Assembly (NCBI GenBank): GCA_964016885.1
Contig: OZ024742.1
Location: forward strand, 150,846,001 to 150,910,000
Length of the DNA stretch: 64,000 nucleotides
Direction: 5' to 3'
Origin: Eledone cirrhosa
Taxonomy: Eukaryota
Each line of letters opens with the position of its first letter. Position 1 is the stretch's first letter. The notes below the pieces were generated by a model. That model was not told where the DNA came from. It saw only the letters and a list, made by a program, of their open reading frames with translations, and did no database searches. The translations under genes and the position numbers were made by a program. Below, piece by piece: positions 1 through 12,000 of the stretch.

Positions 1-166
1 CGATACAATCGACTTTCCTACAAATTGCTGGCAATTATTTGAAATACATAAGCAGTGTCTTTCATTAGATATATGGTAAAAAAAGTTTAAATCTTAGAAA
101 TAGCATATACTATTTGTTTCTTGTTTTGCATTCATTTGACATTATTCTAATTAGTGGGATACAAAT

Positions 167-229
167 TTTCATAGGAATTATTATAGTAATAAAATATTTC
201 ATAGGAATTATTATAGTAATAAAATATTT
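167..229. repeat. 30-bp tandem duplication
   Basis: tttcataggaattattatagtaataaaata x2. Confidence 0.9.
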
Positions 230-1242
230 TCTAATATTAGCAACACACTCATGCACACTTAGGCCAAACTGAAACAAATCATACTTATATTTCTTTGCTT
301 CTTTTTTTTTTATGTACTCAATTATGAAGGTATCTATATATTACTAAAACTTTGTGATTGTGTGCTTGTCTGTAATTTAATACAGCCAAAACGACGCATA
401 ATGGGAAAATACTTTGAAAGGAAGTTGCCTCATAAACAGAAGGAGAGAAAGGGAGAGTGGTTGTGAGGGAGTAGATTGAAAGACACCCACATATGTATGA
501 ACCTGACCTGGCATTGCCCACAACAGGACAACCCGTCTAACCCATGCTAGCGTGGAGACATCAACGTAAAACGATGATGATGATATATATATATAGGCTT
601 TCTAATTTCATTTTACATTATATACATGTATATGTTTATTTTAATTATTTTTAAGTGAACCTGATTTTTTAAAAAATATTTTTAAGTTAACGTGACCCGT
701 GTCATAGGTGGTCTAGTTATTACTAAATTTCTCAATGTGTCAAATGACAACATTTTAATTTTATTTGTAGTCACCACCCTTTCTGTCTGGTAACAAGATT
801 TCTCTTCCCACCCCATACATTTATGTTTTAAAATTGTCCTTATCAGGTGGTTTATTTCTTGTTTTTATAAGCACCCTTATTAGTTTAATTGGCTGCTGTT
901 GTTGGTACCTGATGACCTCTGTCTTAACATTGATAATATCTGCCTTGCCAGTGATGAGATATTGCAAGTGTCACCAGAGAGATGCAGGGAAGTCAGGTAG
1001 ATTGAGTGAGGATGGTATACTGATTGCCAGTTCAGAGGAACAGAAACTAATTTAGTAATGACTAGCAGAATGGCATGTTTGTATCATGAGTTATTGCCAA
1101 CATAGAAGCTATTGCTTCGGTTTTTGTCATATGTATTTTCATTTTGTTCCTATTGAAGAACAAAGCAATATTAAAGAGAAAGTCGTGTAAGGCATTGTAA
1201 GAAGGTAAAAGCAGCAAGATATATTGTTTCTAAACGTAAGAA

Positions 1243-1375
1243 TATTAAAATGCATCATTTGGAAATATATAGAAATTTGTTACGTGTTGCAATCTTCTCT
1301 TACGATACATTAAAATGCATCATTTGGAAATCTCTATAAATATGTTATATGCTGCAATCTTCTCTTTACGACATC
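1243..1375. repeat. ~65-bp diverged tandem duplication
   Basis: attaaaatgcatcatttggaaat...tgcaatcttctct twice. Confidence 0.8.
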
Positions 1376-1811
1376 AACATTTCCTAAAAATCAGAGTTAC
1401 ATCCCAAAATGGATCAAAGCCTTTTCCAAAAAATGTAAAATCTTATTGTAAAGCTGTCTGTGCTTTCGTGAAATAAATACGTTTGTTTATATTTTGCTTT
1501 TGTGTATGCAAAAATATCTGTACACGAATATATAATTATATATATATATTAAAATAACAGATTAAAGTTTAAGCAAAGAATCGCTGCTTTCACCCTTAAC
1601 AGGATCTTCTGAAACTAAAAAAATCAATCTGTGAACGCAGAGGTAAATATTTCGATAAACGTTGCAACCGAAGGCAAACAGGAAGACAATACTTGGGTTC
1701 GTGAAGACGTTCCCTGGCAATGAATGGAAAATAGCGAACATAATACGTCAGCAATGAGAAGAATGTATTGCAAGCAGGGAAGAACGGATGATGATTATAT
1801 ACGCGCGCGCA

Positions 1812-2603
1812 CACACCACACCACACCACACCACACCACACCACACATATTATATTATATTATATTATATTATATATTATATATTATATTATATTATATT
1901 ATATTATATTATATATTATATTATATTATATTATATATTATATTATATTATATTATATTATATGTATGTATGTTATGTTATGTTATGTTATGTTATGTTA
2001 TGTTATGTTATGTTATGTTATGTTATGTTATGTTATCTTTGCCTTTCATCCTTACGGGGTCGATAAAATAAAGTACCAGTAATGAACTGGGTAATTGCTG
2101 GCCTTGTGCCTAAAGTAGAAACAATTATATTATATTATATTATATTATATTATATTTATTATATTTTATTATATTTATTATATTTTATTATATTTATTAT
2201 ATTTATTATATTTATTATATTTATTATATTATATTATATTTATTATATTATATTTATTATATTATATTATATTTATTATATTATATTATATTTATTATAT
2301 TATATTATATTTATTATATTATATTATATTATATTTATTATATTATATTATATTTATTATATTTATTATATTTATTATATTATATTTATTTATTATATTA
2401 TATTTATTTATTATATTATATTTATTTATTATATTATATTTATTTATTATATTTATTTATTATATTATATTTATTTATTATATTATATTTATTATATTAT
2501 ATTATATTTATTATATTATATTTATTATATTATATTATATTTATTATATTATATTATATTTATTATATTATATTTATTATATTATATTTATTATATTTAT
2601 TAT
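1812..2603. repeat. Compound pentanucleotide microsatellite (CACAC, TATAT, TGTTA, TTATA) surrounding a SINE 3' part at ~2036-2127
   Basis: Direct reading; 2036-2127 matches the 3' half of the SINEs at 16263 and 26198. Confidence 0.9.
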
Positions 2604-4879
2604 AAGGGTCCAACATTGTATCTATCTAAAAAGAAAGACTAAGAATTATAGAGAGAGATCGCTTTTTTGCCTAATAGGATCCCTAGGGCATTGAAAATTA
2701 AAATTTTTTTTTTTTATAAAAAGACTCACAGACCATAAGTATTACATGTATAAAGTTTGAAAAAAACTCTGTTGGGTGGTTCTCGAGTTTTAGGGAGACA
2801 GGCAGACATTCTCTGTTTTAGTTATATAGATAAAAGAGGCAGAAAAAAGATATTCTGCAACTGATTGTAGTGTGTTGGTGAGTTTACTTGCGAGTTTTAA
2901 TGAATAGAGAGTGGAAGTTGTGAGTTTTATTGAATAGAGAAAGAACATTTTATGTGTTTTGATGTTTGTAATGCCTATCTTTTGATACTTTTAAAATAGA
3001 AAAAATTGTTGTGTCCGCAGGGAGTTAAAAAAAGAAAAAATACTTTATTTTTTTCTCTCATCGGTACAGAGAGATCTTCAGACTTGCAAAACACTTGATA
3101 ACCTCTCTAGTGATGGTGCCATGGTAAAAGGTATCCAACACACTATATAAAGTAGCTCGCATTAGGGTTGGCATCCAGCTATAGAAATCATATCAAAATA
3201 TGGTACATCTGAGCAAGATATGTGTGTCTGTCCTGTTTTGTATCAGACCATGAAAACTAATCCAACACACACCAGCATAGAAAACACTTATCCATTTTTC
3301 CAAGCATGACTTGAATTGGGTGAGACTTTTTGAAGAAGTTTTTTTTATGACTGAAAGAAGCATGTTTCAAATAGTGGAAAGTATGTAAAGATACAAGGAG
3401 CCTACTTCAAAGAAGATTAGCAATTGAACCTCACCAAATACATAATTTTTTTTCTGTGGCATAAGGTTAGAAATTTTTTGACAGAACTTGTATATCTGTT
3501 GGGGCAAGAGTTTTAAGATGAAAATGTTTTTTCATACTAGTGTATATAGGGTGTGTTTCATGAAATTGTATATTATCATCATGTGTAAATGTTTTTATAT
3601 TCTTCACATTCTTATCAATATTAGCCAGCATAAAATGGGAGTGGTACCTATAATGAGTAACATGTAGTAAGCAGTTTCTTTTGTTTTATTCTTACATGAT
3701 GTACATTGTTTAGTTTAGTTGTTGTTGTTTACTTTGTGTGTGTGATATTTTGTGTTTTGTTTATGGTGTACTATGTATAAGATCATTGTTGCAGCTGGAA
3801 ATCTTTAATAAGAAAGGTAATGGTGGTATTTCCAGTTTTTGGTGTTTTGTTTTGATTCAGAATAACCTTTTTTTTTCTCATACCAGACCACATGAAAGTG
3901 TACCGGATTTATGATAGAAAACTACTCATTTTTAAATATTCATTCTTATATTAAAATCTTTACATCATAATTTTATTTTAGAAATTCTTATTAAATTCCT
4001 ACAAATTTTTGGTTATTTTCAAAATGAATTGGAACACATAGGCAGTATTAGAAGTATGGTAATGAATGCATTAACTGAGTTTGTGGGAGTTCATGTAGTC
4101 CATTTGTATCTGAGTTTTCCATGTTCCCTTTGTTTTATATAGAGTTGTCATTTTGTTTGTTTTTTTTTCTGTTTTCTGTGCTAACGTTTGCTCATCTGAC
4201 TGACATTATAGCTAGGACCACTTATCTTTTTCAGACTTATTGTATCTAAGACTACATTATCCAACCTAGCATGATCTTTATACTCTCATTACCATATTTC
4301 TAATGAAAAAGAATGCTTATTATTTTCAAATAAAACAGATTTGTATCATAAAACTAGGGGTAGTTTCAGGCATTTTGAAATCAAAAGGGTTAAGATGGTA
4401 GTGAGTGATTTGAATATGTTTTGTCTCTTGAATTTGGAGCAACCTCATGTTTTCTTTGTTGGTTTGATACTACTGGTTTCTTTTTACTATATACTATATA
4501 CTAAGGAAATTTTGAGAACTTTTTCAAGAACTACCTGAGAATACTGAATCTCTCAGTGGAGATGGTGGATTATTAATATTCCAAATCTATCCAAACTTTG
4601 CCACTGTGGAGAAAGATATGAAAACTAATTGTTGGTGATAAAAATAACAATAATCTGTAGGATGTTCTGTAGAGTGTTTTTTGGCAACAAAATCCACAAG
4701 CCAATTTTGATTTTTAATCCTTTTGATGAGAAACTGCCTGAAACTGCCCTACATTTATAATACAGAACTGCTCATTTTAAAATGTTTATCCCTATATCAA
4801 AACCATCCATCATAATTCTATTTTAGAAATTTATTTTTTATGTAATGTTCTAAATATAAGCTCACCACATTTACTTTTA

Positions 4880-5460
4880 ATATCGCAGTGCTTGTGCCAG
4901 TGGCCTGGTCTTTTGTATTATGACATATTGCCAGTCCACTTGGTCCGGTGTCTTCTCTTTCATGAGGTTCAGTTTTTTTAGATCATTCTTCACAACTTTA
5001 TTCCATGTCTTCCTTAGTTTCCCTCTTCTACAGATTCTATCTACTTGAAGTGCTTGGCACTTTTTTATTTTTATACAACTCTCAATCTCCCATACCTTTG
5101 CAATCTTGCATGCTACAGTCAATTCCTCTTCTTCTTAACTTTTTTCTAAGTTCACCAACATTACACATCCAGTGAAGTACGCTTACTTCATTTTTTTTAA
5201 GCTGCAGCAAATCTTCTGCACTCAAGGTCCACATTTCACTGCCATGCATCATTGCAGTTCAAACTCACACACCATATAATTATAATCTACGCTTCATACT
5301 GCATGAGAAGCCTTTTTTTGCCAGTAGAGGTAACAAATTATAATCTACGCTTCATACTGCATGAGAAGCCTTTTTTTGCCAGTAGAGGTAACAGCTCCCT
5401 GAACTTCCACCTTATTCTCCTAAATACAACACTTCCAGTACATCCTCTGGACTAAACAAG
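4880..5460 (-). mobile_element. Decayed RTE LINE 3' fragment with an internal 58-bp tandem duplication (~5280-5395)
   Basis: Minus-strand peptide RGKLRKTWNKVVKNDLKKLNL...QKTRP resembles the C-terminus of the RTE copies. Confidence 0.8.
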
Positions 5461-8400
5461 CAGTGTCAACTGGGTTATCCCCAATCAATACCAAAGCTCT
5501 AGATTTATATATTTAGCTAAGGACATTTTTATAGATAAAAAAATACACACACCCACTCACATATATTGTTATACTTTGGGAGGGTCATGTTGCCAGTAAA
5601 AACATATGCACCAGTGAAGTTTCACTTCAATTTAATGTAATTTTCTGCCAGTTAGTGAAATAACCAGATGGTTGTTTAATTGTTGATTGTCAAAGCTCTT
5701 TCAACACACATTCTGTGACTTCTTCAGTGACTACTTTTGTTACTTTGTGTCTCTTCTTTGTTTACACCATCTTGTCTTTATTGAAGTGAAACTCAAATCG
5801 TGCATGTGTTTTTATTGGCTGTGTGGCCCTCCCAAAGTATAACAATATCTGTTTCAACTACATTTTCACATACAAATCTAGCAAAACAAATACAAAAATA
5901 TTAGAGCAAAAATCACGAGCACTCTATCTCAAAATTATTTTTGAAAAGCATAAGAAATGCGCAACCAGTAAAAACTTAAAACTAAAACTGAATACTAACA
6001 ATACTTATTACTAATTTATACTTATTCACTGGGAAAAATTTGTCAGCATTTTCTTTTCCTTTTTACTTATATATATATATATATATATAATTCCATCAAA
6101 GCTGAAGCTGCAATAGGGCAACACCAGTCGAATTATTTGAGGTAGTCCCAAAGCACTCAATGATACAAGAAATGAATTAATTCTTCCATCAGAGTGAACA
6201 CATTAAGTTATACGGGGGAAATGCCATGAATAATATATAAACCATGGGTATGCAACTATAGCATATCACGGCAATGATGAATACCAAAAGGGAAAAAATA
6301 TATATATATATATATATAATAATACTTTGTCTTTGACAATTTATTGTTTTTGTCTAATTAACTTCTCTCTTCCATTTTTTTAACAGGTTTCTTTGTTTTA
6401 TATTTATTTCCAGCACAGCTCCAGCTTCTACAGTTACCTGATTTTTAAATAAAATTCTGAGCGACAGTTTTCTTCAATGTTTACTACCAGCTAGCCTGGA
6501 AATAAACTATAAATGTTTCAAAAATTAAGTAAGTTTTTCTTTAATTTGTAATACACTGAATGTTATAGAAATAACAGTCGAACTCCCCCTCAAACCATAC
6601 CTTACTGTCTTAAAAAAATAAAGTGCAGATTGGATAATGTTTATGAAAATAAACTGGGGTTGTCATAGCTGAAGCAGTTTGATCAGTTGGCCAGAGACTA
6701 AATAATAACTCTTCTAGCATTGATACAAGGTCAGCAATTTAGGGGATGAAGAAAGTCAATTATATCGACCCTAGAGTCGTACTTTATTTTATTGACCTCA
6801 GAAAGATGAAAGGCAAAGTTGACCTCAGTGGGATTTAAATTTAGAAGCATTTTGTCTGGTGCTCCCACCACTCAGAGGCTAAAGAATAACATTACTTAGA
6901 AAATATGAACTACTATTCTTTAATCGTTTGTTTGTTGTTGGGAGAGGAGGTTAAAATATCTGCAACATGACAATTTAGACAATTACAACTACTCCAAGAT
7001 ATTGTCAGTAACTCTGCCTGTGGCTGTCAATTTAAACCTGTTAGATTACTTTGAATTTAAAGATACTACATTACTGGAAATTTAAAACAAATGTATTTCT
7101 GTAAGACATAATATCTATTGTAAATGAAGTAGGTTGTGTATATTTTCTAGCGTTACATGAAGTAATAAGGCAACACTTTGTTGGAATCTGTTTACATGAG
7201 ACTTATCATCAGCAGAATTTAGGGTTGGGTGTCACACCATTTGTCCTTGTCCTTTGTCATCTGGCACATGCAGGAGAAAAATTGCCAACCTTTATTGTTG
7301 TGTATATCATGTTTTTTGTTGATTTTCTTTTTTTTTTAGCATGATTTTTAGATGCCCTTCCATCTACTTTACTTGGATTGAGTGCCTTTTATTGTGTCAC
7401 CATCACTAGAGAGCTTGTTTGTGGCAGGACTAGTATCCCTTCTACCTTGTATCAATTTTTCTGTTTTATGTCTTTGCTATAAAATCTATATTGACAGATG
7501 TATCCAAAATGTTCCGAGGGGAGAAGAAATTCTTGTTGGTGCTGATTGTAGTCTGTGCATTTCCAATGTTCCTATTGGTCTACCTTACTGTCAGTACTGA
7601 TGGTGAGTACCTAAATAAATTATTACATTCTGAGATCATAAACTATAATATATCATCATAACCAATTGTAGCTTTCAGATTCCCAGTTAATGATTAGCTA
7701 ATTATAGTCTCTGCTTGGTCAGGGCTTTTATTGGTCCTTCTGACTTCTGTATGAATAATCAAATTGGGAAAGTGCTGGTATATAGGTCATCAGTGCTGAA
7801 CTATGTCTATAGCAAAATCACTAGATTCATACTTGTTTAGTTTGTATGTATGTATGAATTTATAACTCCTGTTGGAAGGTTTTTAGATAAATATGAACAC
7901 TTTCAAATAAACAGTTTGTATCATAGAACTAGGGACAGTGGATGGGTGTCAAAATTGTTAAACTGATATTTGTTTTATACAACTATTTTCCAGCTAACCT
8001 TTTAATAATCAACTTACCCTGTTACATTACTGCTTACAATAATTGCCTGTTATTTAGACTGAAAGTTAACTCTTAACATCCTGTAATGCTTTAGTAGAAA
8101 ATATTTTTAAATGGGTTTATTTATTTAAATATTTATAGTATCTTTATTGTGGACTGGTGGACTGTTGTGAAATGTTGTAGTATTAGAGAAAAGACTTCAA
8201 TTTTTAATGTAATGCAGTTTCGTGATACCGGACATTAAGAGTAAAAATGAAAACTTATTTTTATCTTGTATTCAAACAGAACCAAAGCTAAGATGCAGCA
8301 GTTTTAACCTTTTTTATACTTAACCACCTCTAGTTCTATTATAATAATCTGCCCATTTTAAAATGACCATACTTATATTAAAGCCTTCCTTCATATCGTT

Positions 8401-8960
8401 ATGTAAGGATTTTTGTTAAGTAATGCTCCAAACATGAGCTTACTAATGAAAAATTAAGCTATTTTACTAAATCCCTCCAAAGTTTTGATTATTTTCAAAA
8501 TTAACTGAAACACGTTGATATTGTATTTCATGAAAAATATGGTAACAAAAGGTTTAAAAGAGAAATTTGGCAGGACTGGGTTTACATATTTCAATGAAAT
8601 AGAATTCAATATTAATGCTGTGAACCACTAAAGCACTTATCAGATTTCATGTCAGTGCAAATGAATTTTTTTAATTTATATATATATATATATATATTTT
8701 TTTTTGTTTGGTGGAATAGGCTGTACTTATGGCTTTCACAGACCCATCAAACACTAGTTTTACTCACTAGTTAGCAGGCTGAGCTCTTATATACTAAGCT
8801 ATCTCAACTCATATACAGACATGGTCACGTGTCCTGTTTAACCTCAGAATGTAACTTGTCTAACCCATGCAAGTATAGAAAATTGACATTAAACTGTGTT
8901 GATGGTGGTATTGATTGTTCTGTTTGAAGCATCTGTTTTCATCTTTCTAATTTATTTCAG

Positions 8961-9063
8961 ATTATATTTCTTACGGGGACAATAAAGCTTATGGTGTCAA
9001 TCGCTTGGCACAGCGTGTTCGGGAAACAGAAGAGAAGAACCAGTTTCTTCAAAAGCAGTTAAG
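8961..9063 (+). CDS. LARGE1: LARGE exon (coiled-coil stem region)
   Basis: tttcag|at...ttaag|gtttgt; [33 protein letters not shown] resembles the LARGE coiled coil; phase fits the next exon. Confidence 0.85.
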
Positions 9064-12000
9064 GTTTGTCTCTTTTATTAAATATTCTTCATAACTAATT
9101 ATTTTCATGTCACTACAAAACCCTACTCTCTAGGTAACAGGTTAGGTTTTTTTTTTGGGGGGGGGGTAATGATTTCGGGTGGAGGTTGTGTGTGTGTTGG
9201 GGGAGGGGGGGTAATAATTTGGTCTGGAGTCCCTTTACACTCTAGTTTTACTCCTCAACTAGCTGTGGAACCTGGCATTCCTCAGACCACCTCCTTACTG
9301 CTGTCGAGGCAGTAAGGAGGTGGTCTGAGGAATGCCAGGTTCCACAGCTGACTACCTTGCAGGAATGAGCCCTGCAATCCTCCAGGGCAACATTTTCTCC
9401 ATTCTGGCCACTGGGTCCATGATGCAGCTTTCATTTGTGCTTCTCCACACCAGAGAGCATTCTCTTACATTCTCTGGGCTCATACCATTAGTGTAGCAAT
9501 ATTTGAGTATTCTTTCTCTTAATTTTGTTGTGTAGATGTGAGAACATCAAACAAAAAGTTATTGTAATTTTAAATTCATATTTACCTTTATTTATATATA
9601 GAGAGGCTCATATTGTTATATTGCCAGAAATATATGATAAAACACACTAACTATTTGGTTTGGGTTGGTTTTTGTTTCCGTATATTTGATATCTTTATAG
9701 TTAATTTAGCTGGCAATCAATGTTTATCATTGATTGACCAACAGTTAAAAATATATATATATATGTATATATTTATGTACCATAAATGTAGGCACCCTAA
9801 AGGGTCGCGCTAACGAGGTTGTAGAAATGCTTGAACGTAAGGAGGTCGATGTTTGTTGTATTCAAGAGACCAGGTGGAGGGGTGGGTCTGCTAGATTCAT
9901 TGAGGGTAAAAAACGATGTTATAAGCTTTTCTGGGTGGGAAACGACGATGGGCTGGGTGGAGTAGGAATCATGGTAGCAGAAAAGTGGGCAGATAAGATA
10001 ATAGACGTAAATAGAGTGAACGACAGAATAATTAAAATAAGACTTGTCCTCAATAGAACTACGGTGACAGTAATATCTGCGTACGCACCCCAATCCTGAC
10101 TGCCCGGCACAATAAAAGACAGATTCTATGAGACACTGTTGCTAACTACCTCCCAAATATCTGACAGTGACTATATAATTATTGCAGGCGACCTAAATGG
10201 TCACGTTGGACAACATTGTGACGGCTACGACGAAATCCATGGAGGCTATGGGTTTGGTACTAGAAATGAGGAAGGCTCCAGAATCCTGGAATACTGTGAT
10301 GCAAATAACCTAACTATCTGTAACACTAACTTCAAAAAACGTGACAATCACCTGATCACCTATAGATCCGGGGAACACACAAGCCAGGTAGATTATATCC
10401 TTACCAGAAGACGTGACAGAGTGTCTGTTGTAAACACTAAATCCCTCCCCCATGAAGAATGCACCTCCCAACATAGACTGATAATTAGCGACCTCATAGT
10501 CAGGACGAGACGTACGCGACAGCAGAAGAGGACTATCCTCAGGAGAAAAATATTGAAGCTAAAGGACCCCACAGCCAGAAATAAATTTCAAAGCATATTA
10601 CTTGATGCTTTCGACAGTAAGGAAGAGCATCTAGAATCGGACAATATAGAGGGACAGTGGGAATTTCTGAAAGCAAACCTGCTGTTGGCGACAGACGAAG
10701 TCTGTGGCTGGAGCAGGCCTGTAGGCAGGAGGAGAGTAACATGGTGGTGGAACAGTAGGGTGGAGGGGTCAATTAAGGCCAAAAAGCAGGCTTGGAAAGT
10801 ATGGCGGGATGGGGGAAGTAGAGTAGACTATCAAGTGGCCAGGAGGGAAGCTAGGAGAGAAGTGTACTTAGCAAGAAGGGAAGCTGAGGAAAGAAAGGTC
10901 AAGCATGTTCTACAACGCGATGACCAAAAACGTGAGGTGTTCAGGATTGCCAGGCAATGCGTCAAGGAAAACCGTGATATTGTCGGGGAGAAGTGTGTAC
11001 TTAACGATGATGGCATACTTGCCATCACCGACACTGATAAGAAGGTAGCTTGGAAGTGTCAATATGAAAGGCTACTAAATGAGGAGAATAAATGGGAGAA
11101 AGACAGTCTCCCCCATATCGACCCGATAGAGGGACCAGCAGTGTTAGTCGAGGGGAGTATAATAAGTAAGGCAATCAAGGATATGAAGACTGGTAAGGCG
11201 GCTGGGCCTTCGGAAATAGTTGCTGAGATGCTGAAGGCATCTGGCACGGTGGGACACACCATGGTCACCCGCATAGTTAACCAAGTCGTACAGAATGGGG
11301 TTGTTCCGAAGGACTGGCATAGCAGCATCATCGTTAACTGTTATAAGGGTAAAGGAGACGCCCTAGATAGGAGTAACTATAGAGGCATTAAATTAATCGA
11401 CCAGGTCATGAAGGTCACGGAAAAAGTAATAGCGCAACTAATCAGAGAGAGAATTGATCTAGATGAAATGCAGTTCGGGTTTGTGTCAGGCAAAAGCACC
11501 ACAGACGCTCTTTTCATAGTACGACAACTACAGGAGAAGTACCTAGCTAAAGGTAAACCCCTCTACTTAGCTTTTGTCGACCTGGAGAAAGCCTTCGACA
11601 GAGTCCCCCGCTCCATTATCTGGTGGGCTCTTAGAAAACTAGGCGTTGACGAATGGCTTGTGAGGGCTATACAAGCCATGTATAAAGAAACAGTCAGCAA
11701 GGTTAGAATTAACAACGAATATAGTGAAGAGTTTAGCGTAAAAGTTGGCGTCCATCAGGGCTCTGTTCTCAGCCCCCTACTATTTATTATTGCCCTTCAG
11801 GCTATAACAGAGGAGTTCAAGACAGGCTGCCCATGGGAACTCCTATACGCAGACGACCTGACACTCATAGCGGAATCAATGGCCGAGCTAGAGAAGAAAT
11901 TCCAAACATGGAAGCACGGCCTAGAGTCAAAAGGACTTAAAATTAACCTGGCTAAGACCAAAGTTCTAGTTTGTAGGAAAGAAAACAAGGCGGCGGTCCC

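Noticed and set aside
834-1055. Hydrophobic ORF as the missing LARGE TM exon
   Set aside because: Starts at TTG, shows no recognisable LARGE similarity and has no clear phase-1 donor.
1724-2642. Tyr/Ile-rich ORFs
   Set aside because: Translations of pentanucleotide microsatellites.
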